From: a virus
Lineage: Duplodnaviria > Caudoviricetes
Virus record (IMG/VR): IMGVR_UViG_3300037046_000277
Coordinates: 1-25,698 of that record
Length of the DNA: 25,698 nt
Strand: one strand, 5' to 3'
The position numbers were made by a program, and so were the translations under genes. A model generated the notes under the pieces. It did not search any database and was not told the DNA's origin. It was given only the letters and a program-made list of their open reading frames with translations. Below, piece after piece: positions 1 to 8,684 of the stretch (position 1 is its first letter; the number at the start of each line of letters is the position of its first letter).

Positions 1-353
1 AGTACCGGACGGGCTTTCACCAGCACCAGTCCGAATGGATCTGCTTCGAGCACGCCGGCTGGGCGCGCCAGAAGGCCGAGTCATGGTGGCGACGGAGATC
101 GGTCGCTCCGGTGCCGCGGACTGCGGCCGAGGCGGAGCTGCTGGCCAACGACGGCGCTCTCTGCCGGACCCGTGCGATCACCGTGCGCGCCGTGGTGGGT
201 GACCAGTTTCCACGGATCATCGGTTACGAGTTGGATGACAGACCCGTCTGGCGCGAGCCGGGGATGGACGACGATCTCGAGCCGGCGGGAGTCCTGGCTG
301 GTGGTTCCGCGGGCGCCTACAACCCGCAGGATGATGACGATCTACCCTTCTGA
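1..353 (+). CDS. 3' end of a phage-type SF2 (DEAD/DEAH-like) helicase, truncated by the window edge
   Basis: The frame from base 3 is open to TGA 351-353: YRTGFHQHQSEWICFEHAGWARQKAESWWRRRS...RAITVR...RIIGYEL...DDDDLPF. I recognise this as the C-terminus of helicases that precede Prim-Pol genes in such elements. The helicase motifs themselves are outside the window. Confidence 0.65.
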   Translation, partial: YRTGFHQHQSEWICFEHAGWARQKAESWWRRRSVAPVPRTAAEAELLANDGALCRTRAITVRAVVGDQFPRIIGYELDDRPVWREPGMDDDLEPAGVLAGGSAGAYNPQDDDDLPF

Positions 354-364
354 CCTTGAAGTAG

Positions 365-2530
365 GTGCTTGTGGGCGAATCCAAGGGGAAGATGCTGCAG
401 GCGGCGTTGAGGTATGCAGAGCTCGGGTACCCGGTCTTCCCGTGCGTTCCGGGAGGGAAGGCCCCCGCGACGCCGCATGGGTTCCTGGACGCTACGACGG
501 ACCCTGGCCAGATCGAGACCTGGTGGACGGCGCGGCCGGAAGCCAACATCGGCATGCCGACCGCCGGACTGCTGGTCGTGGACGTCGACGGGGTTGACAA
601 TCCCTGGCCCGGCGAGTCGGTGGAAGGGTTGTCGGGATGTCCGGTGTCGCTGACGCCCCGGGGCGGCCGGCACTACATCTTCCGGCAGCCGGCAGGCAAG
701 AGCTGGAGTAGCACAGCAAGCCGAATCGCCCCGATGGTCGACACCCGGGCCAACGGCGGCTACATCGTCCTGCCGCCCTCGGTGGTCGGGAGGAAGACGT
801 ACCGATGGGCGGAAGACCTCACGGCGGGCTCGGCGGATCTGCCCGAGCCGCCGGCGTGGCTTGTCGCTCAGGTCGACGGCGGCGCGGACCTTTTCGTCCA
901 GGAGGCCAGCCGGCCTATCGAGGACAGCCAGGTAGTGGCCCAAGGCGCACCCGTGGCGCCCCAGGGCGCGACGCCGGCGGCCGGAGGCAACCTAATACCA
1001 ACCGGCCAACGCAACGCCACGTTGGCGCGCCTGGGCGGGGCCATGCGCCGGGTTGGGATGAGCCAGGAGGAGATCCTGGCCGCCCTGACGCGAGCCAACC
1101 AGGACCGCTGCCGACCGCCGCTCTCCGGGAGGGAAGTCGAGCGGATCGCCGCTAGCGTCGCCCGCTACGAGCCCGACCAGGTCACCGTCGCGGTGGCTGA
1201 GAACCACTGGGGGCAGGATACCGCATATGTCGGTGCGATCGACGAAGGGCCCCTCGATGTCCGAGACCCCGGCCCGATGCCGGATGAACTGTTCCGGATC
1301 CCGGGCTTTGTGTCTGAGGTCATGGATCACTGCATGGAGACGGCTCCGTACCCTAACCTGGTAATGAGCTTCGCTGGCGCGCTGGCACTACAGGCGACGC
1401 TCGCTGGCCGCAAGATCCGCGACCCGGGGAATAACCGAACGAACCTCTACCTGCTGGGCTTGGCGCATTCGGCCGCCGGCAAAGACCGGCCTCGGAAACT
1501 CAACACCGAGATTCTTCACGCGATCGGGCTGTCGGGGCAGGTCGGTGGGCGGTTCGCATCGGGCGAGGGTATCCAGGACGCTCTCTACATCGAGCCCACG
1601 ATGCTGTTCCAGACAGACGAGATCGACGGTATGCTGCAGTCGATCAACAAGTCTCGCGATGCTCGCCACGAGAACATTATGGGGACGATGCTGACGATCT
1701 ATTCGTCGGCCGACTCGGTGTTCCCCATGAGGCGGAAGGCGGGAAAGAACGCGCCCGGAGCCATCGACCAACCGTGCCTGGTCGTGTTCGGGACCGCGAT
1801 CCCGAACCACTACTACGAAGCGCTCTCTGAGCGGATGCTGACCAACGGGTTCTTCGCGCGCATGATCATCCTCGATTGCGGTGGGCGATCGCCGGGACAG
1901 GAACCGAGACTGAGGCCGTTACCGGCACGGATCCTGGAAACTGCCCGCTGGTGGGCAGAGTTCCGGCCCGGAACGGGCAACCTCGAGGTCTGGCATCCGG
2001 AGCCCCGGGTCGTACTGCAGACGGAAGAAGCCAGGCAGATCCTGGTTGAGACACGCCTTGAAGCGGAAGCCGAATACGCGCTGGCCGAGGCTGCCGAGAA
2101 CGAAGCCGGCACGACGGTCTGGGGTCGCGTCAGCGAGCACGCCCGAAAGCTCGCGTTGCTCTATGCCATCAGCGAGAACCACATCGAGCCGCAGATCGGA
2201 CTGGCGGCAACCGATTGGGCGCGGCGGTTCGTCACGCATCAGGCCCGGCGCATGCTGTTCATGGCCCAATCGCACGTGGCTGAGAATCCGTTCCAGGCGG
2301 AGTGCCTGAAGTTCCTCAAGAAGCTCGGAGGGGCGCCCAGTGGCGAACTCGCGCACAGCGTCCTTTTGAAGCGGATGAAGGTCGACGCCAAGACCTTCCA
2401 AGTGCTCGTGACGACCCTGGAGCAGCGCGGGGACATCATCACCCGAACCGCGTGCGCCCGCGGCACGACGGCGCGCCACTATAGGCTGGTGAACTGCGGC
2501 CTCGATCGACAAATCCCCCCTCCAAAGTGA
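365..2530 (+). CDS. Bifunctional DNA primase/polymerase (Prim-Pol) with PriCT domain and DUF3987-like C-terminal NTPase region
   Basis: Prim-Pol motifs GYPVFPC, ANIG, VVDVD, TPRGGRHYIF, DTRANGGYIVLPPS; PriCT-like GQRNATLARLGG...N..RC.PPL...EVERIA.S; degenerate P-loop AHSAAGKD and Walker B-like FQTDEID. The true start may be GTG 371 or ATG 392. Confidence 0.9.
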   Translation: MLVGESKGKMLQAALRYAELGYPVFPCVPGGKAPATPHGFLDATTDPGQIETWWTARPEANIGMPTAGLLVVDVDGVDNPWPGESVEGLSGCPVSLTPRGGRHYIFRQPAGKSWSSTASRIAPMVDTRANGGYIVLPPSVVGRKTYRWAEDLTAGSADLPEPPAWLVAQVDGGADLFVQEASRPIEDSQVVAQGAPVAPQGATPAAGGNLIPTGQRNATLARLGGAMRRVGMSQEEILAALTRANQDRCRPPLSGREVERIAASVARYEPDQVTVAVAENHWGQDTAYVGAIDEGPLDVRDPGPMPDELFRIPGFVSEVMDHCMETAPYPNLVMSFAGALALQATLAGRKIRDPGNNRTNLYLLGLAHSAAGKDRPRKLNTEILHAIGLSGQVGGRFASGEGIQDALYIEPTMLFQTDEIDGMLQSINKSRDARHENIMGTMLTIYSSADSVFPMRRKAGKNAPGAIDQPCLVVFGTAIPNHYYEALSERMLTNGFFARMIILDCGGRSPGQEPRLRPLPARILETARWWAEFRPGTGNLEVWHPEPRVVLQTEEARQILVETRLEAEAEYALAEAAENEAGTTVWGRVSEHARKLALLYAISENHIEPQIGLAATDWARRFVTHQARRMLFMAQSHVAENPFQAECLKFLKKLGGAPSGELAHSVLLKRMKVDAKTFQVLVTTLEQRGDIITRTACARGTTARHYRLVNCGLDRQIPPPK

Positions 2531-2583
2531 AACGAGCATGGGCTCAAGCGAAGCAATCCGATATCAATCCAACAGATGCACGC

Positions 2584-2763
2584 TTTTTCACCTTTTCACC
2601 CCATCTCGCAGGGGGTGAAGATGGTGAATTGTAAATGCTGTAGGTAATTATAAACAAACACTCTCTCTCTCTCCTATTCCCCATTCACCCATGCTCGCGC
2701 GTATTTTTCTCTCTCTTTGCGCGTGTGTATGAGACCCCGGGGGTGAATGGTGAAAAGGTGAAA
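2584..2763. repeat. Nested inverted TTCACC/GGTGAA repeats around AT-rich and (CT)n tracts; candidate replication origin
   Basis: TTTCACCTTTTCACC 2586-2600 is the perfect reverse complement of 2749-2763. TTCACCCC 2595-2602 pairs with GGGGTGAA 2612-2619. 2677-2690 pairs with 2741-2754 (13/14). The region lies just downstream of the primase. Confidence 0.7.
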
Positions 2764-3040
2764 CGCATCGATGGACTGGCGACGCAGATGGCACTTCACT
2801 AGAATTGAATTTACGCGGGAGGGAGAAGTGGCGATAATTCCATACTGTTTTTCACTTCAGAGTGGGATCGGCCACGGCCACATCGGCTTGGACCGCAGCA
2901 GACACGTTTTTAGTTCCCCATCGGGGGCCGTAAAGGGCCTCGCGGCTTTGCGTCTCCCCTCGGTGCCGAGGCCGGAGTATAGCTACTGTGGTGAAAGTCT
3001 CGAAACGCACTCAGTAGCCTGACGTCGTTGCAGAAAAGAG

Positions 3041-4984
3041 ATGCTGATGTCAAGAGAAGACCTTCCGCAACGGTCTGCATCGCACGATATCGAGGCTGCC
3101 GCCGAAACCGCGCTGCGTGCGGCAGTAACCGGATGTAACTTCTTTGTGATTCAACAACAAGACCTTAACGACTACGGCACGGACGTGCAATTGGAGGCAC
3201 GTGCCGGTGATGCGATGACGAATATCCGGGTCCATGTCCAGCTTAAGGGCACTAGCACAGCGCAGAATGTGAATAGCTCAATTAGCATCTCAGTGTCGCG
3301 CAGAAACCTGAATTACCTCTTAGCGCAGAAGGACTCACTTTATGTATGCTACCACTTGCCAACGCAAAGGCTCCTTGCTCGATACGCAGAAGACGTTTAT
3401 TCGGAGTACGAACATCGTGCAGCAACATGGGACGAGCAAGAAACTGTAACGGTTCGGTTCAACGAGGTCTTTGACGATGAATTTCAACAACGGCTTAATG
3501 CTCGGTTGATTGCGGCCGGCAGGACATCAACTGCCCATCGTCTAGAGTGGGCGGTCACACCGCCAGATCGGGCCATTCCTCTCCTGAGGGCCGCAATCCC
3601 CGAAATACATGTACCTGCTCAACGCGAGCAGGCAGAAGCGCTCTTAGCTGCCCTGTATGGGGACGGTAATGACGCTGCAATCAGTAAGTACTTTGAACAC
3701 TTTGCCGCGGTCCTCGGAGCCGTACCGGGTGGAATGGACCTCGCCTACATGGCTGAGATAAACCTGGGCCTCAACGGATTCCAGAGTGATAGCATGCGAA
3801 TTCGGGAGGCGATCGACGTCTGCCAGCAGGCAATTGAGAGCCGTCGCATTCTCCCAGCATCAGGATTGTACTGCATAGGCAATGCCTGGAGCGGACTTGG
3901 GGAGTACCAGCAGTCACAACAGTCATATCAGCAGGCGATGAGCCTACTTGAAGGAACTGGATTGGTCCAATTGTCCGCTCAGTGCTGCAAGAATTTGGGT
4001 TCTGTACTGGAATCCCAAGGACTCAATGACGAAGCGCGGCATTATTACGAACGGGCACTGGAGTTCGATTCAACCCTTGCAGAGGCTTGGTTGGCGTTGG
4101 CCCTCTGCCACTGGCGCAAAGATCAGCTGGGGGAAGCCCTGAATTGCCTTGATCGGATCGCACCGAGGCCTGGGTCGCACATGGATATGGCTATTGTGCA
4201 GGGCTATAGGATGGATATCCTATTTAAGATGGGAGAGTGGAGGAGCGGCTTCAGGGAGATCGCCAACCTCCTTGATTCGGCCGATCGCTATGACTGGGTG
4301 TGGCCATGGTGTGCGCGGAATGTTGCACAATTCGGGCGTCGGTCTAGCGAAGTGGCCGAATCCGCGTTCTCCTTTTGGAATCGATATTTGGACGCGCATC
4401 CCACAGAGCATGCGGCAGAGCGCGAGCGAATTCTCTGTACGTGGCAGATTCACGCGGCAAAGCGACCTGTGCAAATGAACTTCGACGAGTTCGAGGTCTT
4501 AGCCACTCGACTGATTGAAGGAGGCGACTCCAATCCAGCATTTCTATGGGATCGTGTGGGACATTGGGCGGCGCATGATGGCCGATGGGAAGTTGCCGAG
4601 GGCTATTTCCGAAGGGCATATGACCTTGAGCCGGCGAACTATGGCTGTTGCATGGGCGCAGCATACAATCATCTAGGTCGATATATGGAGGCTGTAGATG
4701 TCTTGTCTGTCTTCCTAGATACTCATGAAGATGACCCAGTCGGGTGGTTCAACCTAGCACATGCGTGGGACAGTATCGGGCATGCCGCTAACGCCATCGA
4801 TGCCTATGAGAGAGCGTTGGCGTTGGATAAGGACTACGCCGCGGCAATGTACAACCTGGGTGGTGTATACTGGAATGCTGGACAGCAAGGACATGCCTGT
4901 GAAGTGTGGAAAGTCGCGGTCGCCCGATTCCCTGAGCACGAGTTAGCAAAAAAGGTCAGGGAGCGTATCCCGGAACTGAATTGA
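3041..4984 (+). CDS. DUF4365-like PD-(D/E)xK nuclease domain fused to TPR repeats
   Basis: N-terminal DYGTDVQLE...HVQLKGT motif; many TPR units (YCIGNAWSGLGEYQQS, NLGSVLESQG..DEARHYYERALEFD, WFNLAHAWDSIG...AIDAYERALALD, YNLGGVYWNAG). Confidence 0.8.
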   Translation: MLMSREDLPQRSASHDIEAAAETALRAAVTGCNFFVIQQQDLNDYGTDVQLEARAGDAMTNIRVHVQLKGTSTAQNVNSSISISVSRRNLNYLLAQKDSLYVCYHLPTQRLLARYAEDVYSEYEHRAATWDEQETVTVRFNEVFDDEFQQRLNARLIAAGRTSTAHRLEWAVTPPDRAIPLLRAAIPEIHVPAQREQAEALLAALYGDGNDAAISKYFEHFAAVLGAVPGGMDLAYMAEINLGLNGFQSDSMRIREAIDVCQQAIESRRILPASGLYCIGNAWSGLGEYQQSQQSYQQAMSLLEGTGLVQLSAQCCKNLGSVLESQGLNDEARHYYERALEFDSTLAEAWLALALCHWRKDQLGEALNCLDRIAPRPGSHMDMAIVQGYRMDILFKMGEWRSGFREIANLLDSADRYDWVWPWCARNVAQFGRRSSEVAESAFSFWNRYLDAHPTEHAAERERILCTWQIHAAKRPVQMNFDEFEVLATRLIEGGDSNPAFLWDRVGHWAAHDGRWEVAEGYFRRAYDLEPANYGCCMGAAYNHLGRYMEAVDVLSVFLDTHEDDPVGWFNLAHAWDSIGHAANAIDAYERALALDKDYAAAMYNLGGVYWNAGQQGHACEVWKVAVARFPEHELAKKVRERIPELN

Positions 4985-5000
4985 GTTGTGCAACACTATA

Positions 5001-5033
5001 GTGAAGAAGACCCCGCAGCATCACGACGGGGTC
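5001..5033 (-). terminator. Probable intrinsic terminator of the small-gene operon
   Basis: Stem GACCCCG 5009-5015 / CGGGGTC 5027-5033, followed on the minus strand by TTCTTCAC, about 20 bp past the stop at 5055. Confidence 0.55.
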
Positions 5034-5054
5034 CTCCGATTCCGCCTCGGGAAC

Positions 5055-5309
5055 TTAGGTGATGCCTTCGACAGCCTTCATAAGTGCCTTGACCGCCGCA
5101 TCGTCCTTCGTTGCGGCGGCGACCAGCAGGTTCCGCGCGAACTTCGATGCTTTCGCCGGCCCGGCCGCCTCGTGGATGGCGTCGCGCTCGGCCTCGGTCA
5201 GTCGGAAGGCGAAGACGCAGAGCTCCTCGCGCGGGGCCTTGGCCTCAACGGCCGGCTTCTTGGCGGCGGGCTTGCGGGCCCGCGTGGTCTTCTTGGTGGT
5301 CTTGCTCAT
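5055..5309 (-). CDS. Small basic hypothetical protein, possible ribbon-helix-helix DNA binder
   Basis: Lys/Ala-rich N-tail, then VFAFRLTEAERDAIHEAAG..KASKFARNLL (strand-helix-helix pattern); AAGGAA RBS; 3 bp from the upstream gene. Confidence 0.7.
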   Translation of the reverse strand: MSKTTKKTTRARKPAAKKPAVEAKAPREELCVFAFRLTEAERDAIHEAAGPAKASKFARNLLVAAATKDDAAVKALMKAVEGIT

Positions 5310-5312
5310 CAG

Positions 5313-5564
5313 TCAGTTCCTTTCGCTCGGGTCCAGACGCGCGATCCGGCTGGGCTCTTTGCCGCAGCCCTCGCACGCCACGCGCCCGCCCTGGCGGTCG
5401 ATCTCCACCATGTCGGCGGGCGTGATCTCCTCCCACTGCTCCCAGATCCAGGTGTCGGACCCGGGGTAGGGGATGTGGCAACAGGCGCAGACGATGCTGC
5501 CCTGCTCGCTCCAGAACACCTGATGGGCGTCGAAGCCGAATCGTGGCGTCGTGTTCGTCGCCAT
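5313..5564 (-). CDS. Small hypothetical protein with two Cys clusters (possible Zn binding)
   Basis: CACCH and CEGC motifs; GGAGG RBS; 1 bp gap to the upstream stop. Confidence 0.7.
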   Translation of the reverse strand: MATNTTPRFGFDAHQVFWSEQGSIVCACCHIPYPGSDTWIWEQWEEITPADMVEIDRQGGRVACEGCGKEPSRIARLDPSERN

Positions 5565-5565
5565 G

Positions 5566-5892
5566 TCAGTCGACCTCCTGCGGGATGTTCGCCGCGAACA
5601 CCAGCGTCCCGTCCGCGCCGTAGATCTCGACGCGGTCGATCCGGGTGTCGGGGTTCTCGCGGCCGGCGCGCAGGATGGCCTGGCTGGCCCGCATGGCGGT
5701 CAGCCGCCCGTAGGCTTCGAGGCGCGCCTCTTGCCGGTCGGTGAAAAGTGTCGGGTTCTCGTCGATCTGCAGGCCGCCTTTGAACTGCAGCTCGAGGTCT
5801 CGGAGCGAAGCCTCGAACATGAGGTCCTCGAGCGTGCTGTGGGGTTTCGGGTCGACCACGACCCAGAACTTGTCGTCAGGTCCGTAGCGCAT
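5566..5892 (-). CDS. Hypothetical phage/mobile-element protein
   Basis: 108-aa ORF with GC3-rich codons, tightly packed in a four-gene operon. Confidence 0.7.
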   Translation of the reverse strand: MRYGPDDKFWVVVDPKPHSTLEDLMFEASLRDLELQFKGGLQIDENPTLFTDRQEARLEAYGRLTAMRASQAILRAGRENPDTRIDRVEIYGADGTLVFAANIPQEVD

Positions 5893-5895
5893 GGT

Positions 5896-6108
5896 CTACC
5901 TGTCTTTCCGTGCACCACGCTCGTGGATCTCCATCTCGACGTTCGCAGCGATGTCCGCGATCGTGTCACTGAGCTGGTCCACGTGCACGAGTGCATCCGC
6001 CACGCCCTCGAGTTCAGCGAGCGTCTGAAGATCGCCTCGGATTGCGGCGATTCTCTTTTCGACGGCCTCAAGGGTGCCGAGGTCTTTCCAGTTGGCCTGC
6101 CGGGCCAT
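5896..6108 (-). CDS. Small helical (coiled-coil-like) hypothetical protein
   Basis: Strong AGGAGGAG RBS before the ATG; first gene of the operon; AT-rich promoter-like spacer at about 6175-6230. Confidence 0.7.
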   Translation of the reverse strand: MARQANWKDLGTLEAVEKRIAAIRGDLQTLAELEGVADALVHVDQLSDTIADIAANVEMEIHERGARKDR

Positions 6109-6295
6109 TGATCTCCTCCTACGTTATGCGCCGGGCCCCGTGCCCGCCGCAGTCACAGTGACGAGCTTTCTGGGCCAAATGGGAAGGCAATTAGATAAGT
6201 AACTGCATTAATTCCAGCGTGTTATAATCGCGAGGAGTGGCGAAAGGGGCCCACATCTGGCCACGGTGGGCCTCAGGCGGCAGCAGTTACGACTA

Positions 6296-8134
6296 TCACA
6301 CCCATCCGTCCATCCACCCGCCACTATGGTGCCTAGGTGTAGGCGGCTCCGGCTTGACCTGCGACGGGGATTGCGCCAGGGCAGCCGCGCGTTCGGGCAG
6401 GGACTTCACCACCGCCTGACCCAGGATGTAGAGGGCAGCTAGGCAGTAGACCTCGAGGTCGAGCGCCTCGTTGCGCTCGCGGATTTTGACCCACTCCCTC
6501 ACAGTTCCGCGGTTCTTCACCCACTTGCGGATGGCCTTTTCGGCCGTCAACTGGGCGATGTACTCCTCATCGATCCATTCAGGCAGATGGCAGTAGCCCG
6601 GTCCCAGCGTCCCAATCCGAAACCGTGAGTAGACGATCTCCTTGCCCGTGTCCACGCAGAGGGTGAACAACTTGGCTCGGTAGCGGTTGTGATCGGACGG
6701 GCGGCCCACGAGCGGCTTACCGCGCTCAGAGCCACCGCGCACCGCGAACACACGCCGGCTGAGCCGGGCGCGGCAAAACCGGTAGACCTGCTCAGAGTGG
6801 TGGCCGCCGCTGTCAACGGCCACGCATGCAATCGGGACCCGCTGGCCGCTCTTGTGGGTGAACTCCGTCCGCAAGAAGCGATCGAGTTCCAGCCAGACCT
6901 GGTCGCGCCCGGGGTCGCCATGAAATTGAGAGAAGGCGATGAGCCAGGATTCCTCAGCAGCGCCGTATCCCTTCACAGCGCTCTCGAGGCGGTCGCCCTG
7001 GACGTCGACCGAGGCGACAAGGATGCCCACGCCGGACGGCACCTCGGCCTCGTACCGCTCTGCTCGGGCAAGCAAGCTGTCGGGATTGACCGTCTCCCCG
7101 CGCTCTTCCCAGGTTTCACCAAGCGCGCTGTTGATCCAGTTCTTCAGGCGCATCGGGTCTTCCTTGGCGGCGAGGAACTCGGCCACGTTAGCGGACCAGG
7201 GCAGCCAGCCTAGGGGGGAGTAGAGACTGGAAAGGTGGAAGCCGATCGTTTCGCCGTTGCCCTTCGCGGTGGGGCGCCACTGGCCCTGGCTGAGCATCTG
7301 GGTCTTGAACCGCTCCTCGATCAGGACACCACAGTGGACGCAGACCAAGGCCGCGGTCTTGGGGTCGTCGTCGCGCCAGCGGATGTTCTCCCACCGCATC
7401 CAGTCAAATTGGCCGCACTCGGGGCAGGGGACGAAGAACCGCCGCTGATCGGAGGCCAGGAATTCCCGCTCGATCCTGGAAATCCCCTTGATCGTCGGTG
7501 TTGAGACCAGGAACACCTTGCGGCGCGAGTACAGGGGTCCCGTGGTGCGCTTCTCTGCCAGCGCGATCGGGTCGCCCTGTCCGTCGACGTCACCCGGGTA
7601 CTCGTCGATCTCGTCGCAGAAGAGCCAGCGGATCGGCATCGATTTGACGCCGGTCGCGGAGTTCGACCCGGTCAGGAACAGGACCCCGCCAGGGAATTCC
7701 TTGATCAGAAGGCTGTTGCCGCCGTCGCGGGAGCGGGCCTCGCGGACCAGGTCCTGCAGGACCGGCGTGGTGGCGATCATGGGGTCGAGGCGCTGCCGGC
7801 TGAACCGCCTGGCCTCGTCCACGGTCGGGCGCAGAACGAGGATCGGCCCCGGCGCGTGGTGCATGGCGAACCCAAGCCAGTTGTTGCCGGCTTCGGTGCC
7901 GCCCAGTTGGGAGCCTTTCATGAAGACGACCCGGCGAGCCGGCGAGCGCGGACCCAGGGCGTCCATGATCTCGCGCAGGTACGGCGTCGTGTCAGTGTGC
8001 CAGTGCACCGCCGCATGGCCCGACCGGTTGCCTAGCACACGGTGCTCATCGGCCCACTCGCTGACGGTCAGCTGCGGATCGGGTTGCCAACCAGCCCGGA
8101 AGGCGGCTTCGTAGACTTCACGGCCGTTCTGCAT
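6296..8134 (-). CDS. terL: Phage terminase large subunit, lambda GpA family
   Basis: LTVSEWADEHR, TPYLREIMD, Walker A-like KGSQLGGTE, Walker B CDEID, STPT, VPCPECG, nuclease motifs VDVQ, VDSGG, RNEALD. Start set at ATG 8134 (GGAGG RBS, overlaps the TerS stop). Confidence 0.95.
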   Translation of the reverse strand: MQNGREVYEAAFRAGWQPDPQLTVSEWADEHRVLGNRSGHAAVHWHTDTTPYLREIMDALGPRSPARRVVFMKGSQLGGTEAGNNWLGFAMHHAPGPILVLRPTVDEARRFSRQRLDPMIATTPVLQDLVREARSRDGGNSLLIKEFPGGVLFLTGSNSATGVKSMPIRWLFCDEIDEYPGDVDGQGDPIALAEKRTTGPLYSRRKVFLVSTPTIKGISRIEREFLASDQRRFFVPCPECGQFDWMRWENIRWRDDDPKTAALVCVHCGVLIEERFKTQMLSQGQWRPTAKGNGETIGFHLSSLYSPLGWLPWSANVAEFLAAKEDPMRLKNWINSALGETWEERGETVNPDSLLARAERYEAEVPSGVGILVASVDVQGDRLESAVKGYGAAEESWLIAFSQFHGDPGRDQVWLELDRFLRTEFTHKSGQRVPIACVAVDSGGHHSEQVYRFCRARLSRRVFAVRGGSERGKPLVGRPSDHNRYRAKLFTLCVDTGKEIVYSRFRIGTLGPGYCHLPEWIDEEYIAQLTAEKAIRKWVKNRGTVREWVKIRERNEALDLEVYCLAALYILGQAVVKSLPERAAALAQSPSQVKPEPPTPRHHSGGWMDGWV

Positions 8135-8681
8135 CTGCGACCTCCAAACAGATCCGCTCGATCTCTTGCTCAAGGATGCGCTGGACCTCGGCAGGCTCCT
8201 GGATGGCAGCTAGGACGGTGGCCAGCCGCTCGGGCAGGGCGATCAACTGATCTCGAGCTTTGCGGGCCATGTTGAACGCTCCGAGGCGGACCTCGTCGGC
8301 ACGCACGAGGGTGCCGCGCCTGCGATCCAGTTCGAGCTTGGCCAGTTGTGCCTGGTAGAGCTCCCGGGCGGCGCGGGCCTTGGCGTAGCCGATCGCCGTG
8401 TTGGTTCCTCCGATGCCCTCGTCGGCTCCGCTCATGTCCATGGGCTCAGACGGCTCTCCCGGGCCCCTGGCTTGCTTGGGCCTACCTGTGATGCGGTTAC
8501 GGGGCTTGCTCTGATCGGTGTTCTCCTGCCACTGCTGGCCTGCCTGAGTCGGGTCGATCTTCCCGTTCACGGCCGAGATCCGCCCCGCCTTTACGGCGCG
8601 CTGGACGGCCACGTGGGAGACACCGAGCCGCCGCGCGTACTCGCGCTGGGAGATCAGCTCCTTCTTCGGTTGCCTGGCCAC
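8118..8681 (-). CDS. terS: Phage terminase small subunit (Nu1-like)
   Basis: N-terminal HTH SQREYARRLGVSHVAVQRAVKAGRI; coiled coil YAKARAARELYQAQLAKLEL...G.LV..DEV; RDQLIALPERL; overlaps TerL. Confidence 0.85.
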   Translation of the reverse strand: MARQPKKELISQREYARRLGVSHVAVQRAVKAGRISAVNGKIDPTQAGQQWQENTDQSKPRNRITGRPKQARGPGEPSEPMDMSGADEGIGGTNTAIGYAKARAARELYQAQLAKLELDRRRGTLVRADEVRLGAFNMARKARDQLIALPERLATVLAAIQEPAEVQRILEQEIERICLEVADAERP

Positions 8682-8684
8682 CGG

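Noticed and set aside
2584-2763. Possible CRISPR array or MITE
   Set aside because: Repeats are short, in both orientations and lack regular spacers; no target duplication or second copy is seen.
2771-3022. 83-aa ORF between the repeat region and the TPR gene
   Set aside because: No motif and no convincing RBS; more likely intergenic/promoter DNA.
4986-6111. Plus-strand ORFs of 252, 136 and 186 aa
   Set aside because: Shadows of the tightly packed minus-strand operon, which has RBSs and a terminator.
6197-6225. TAAGTA...GTTA motif resembling 10235-10260 (dif-like or operator)
   Set aside because: Spacing differs (29 vs 26 bp) and the middles are unrelated; not supportable.
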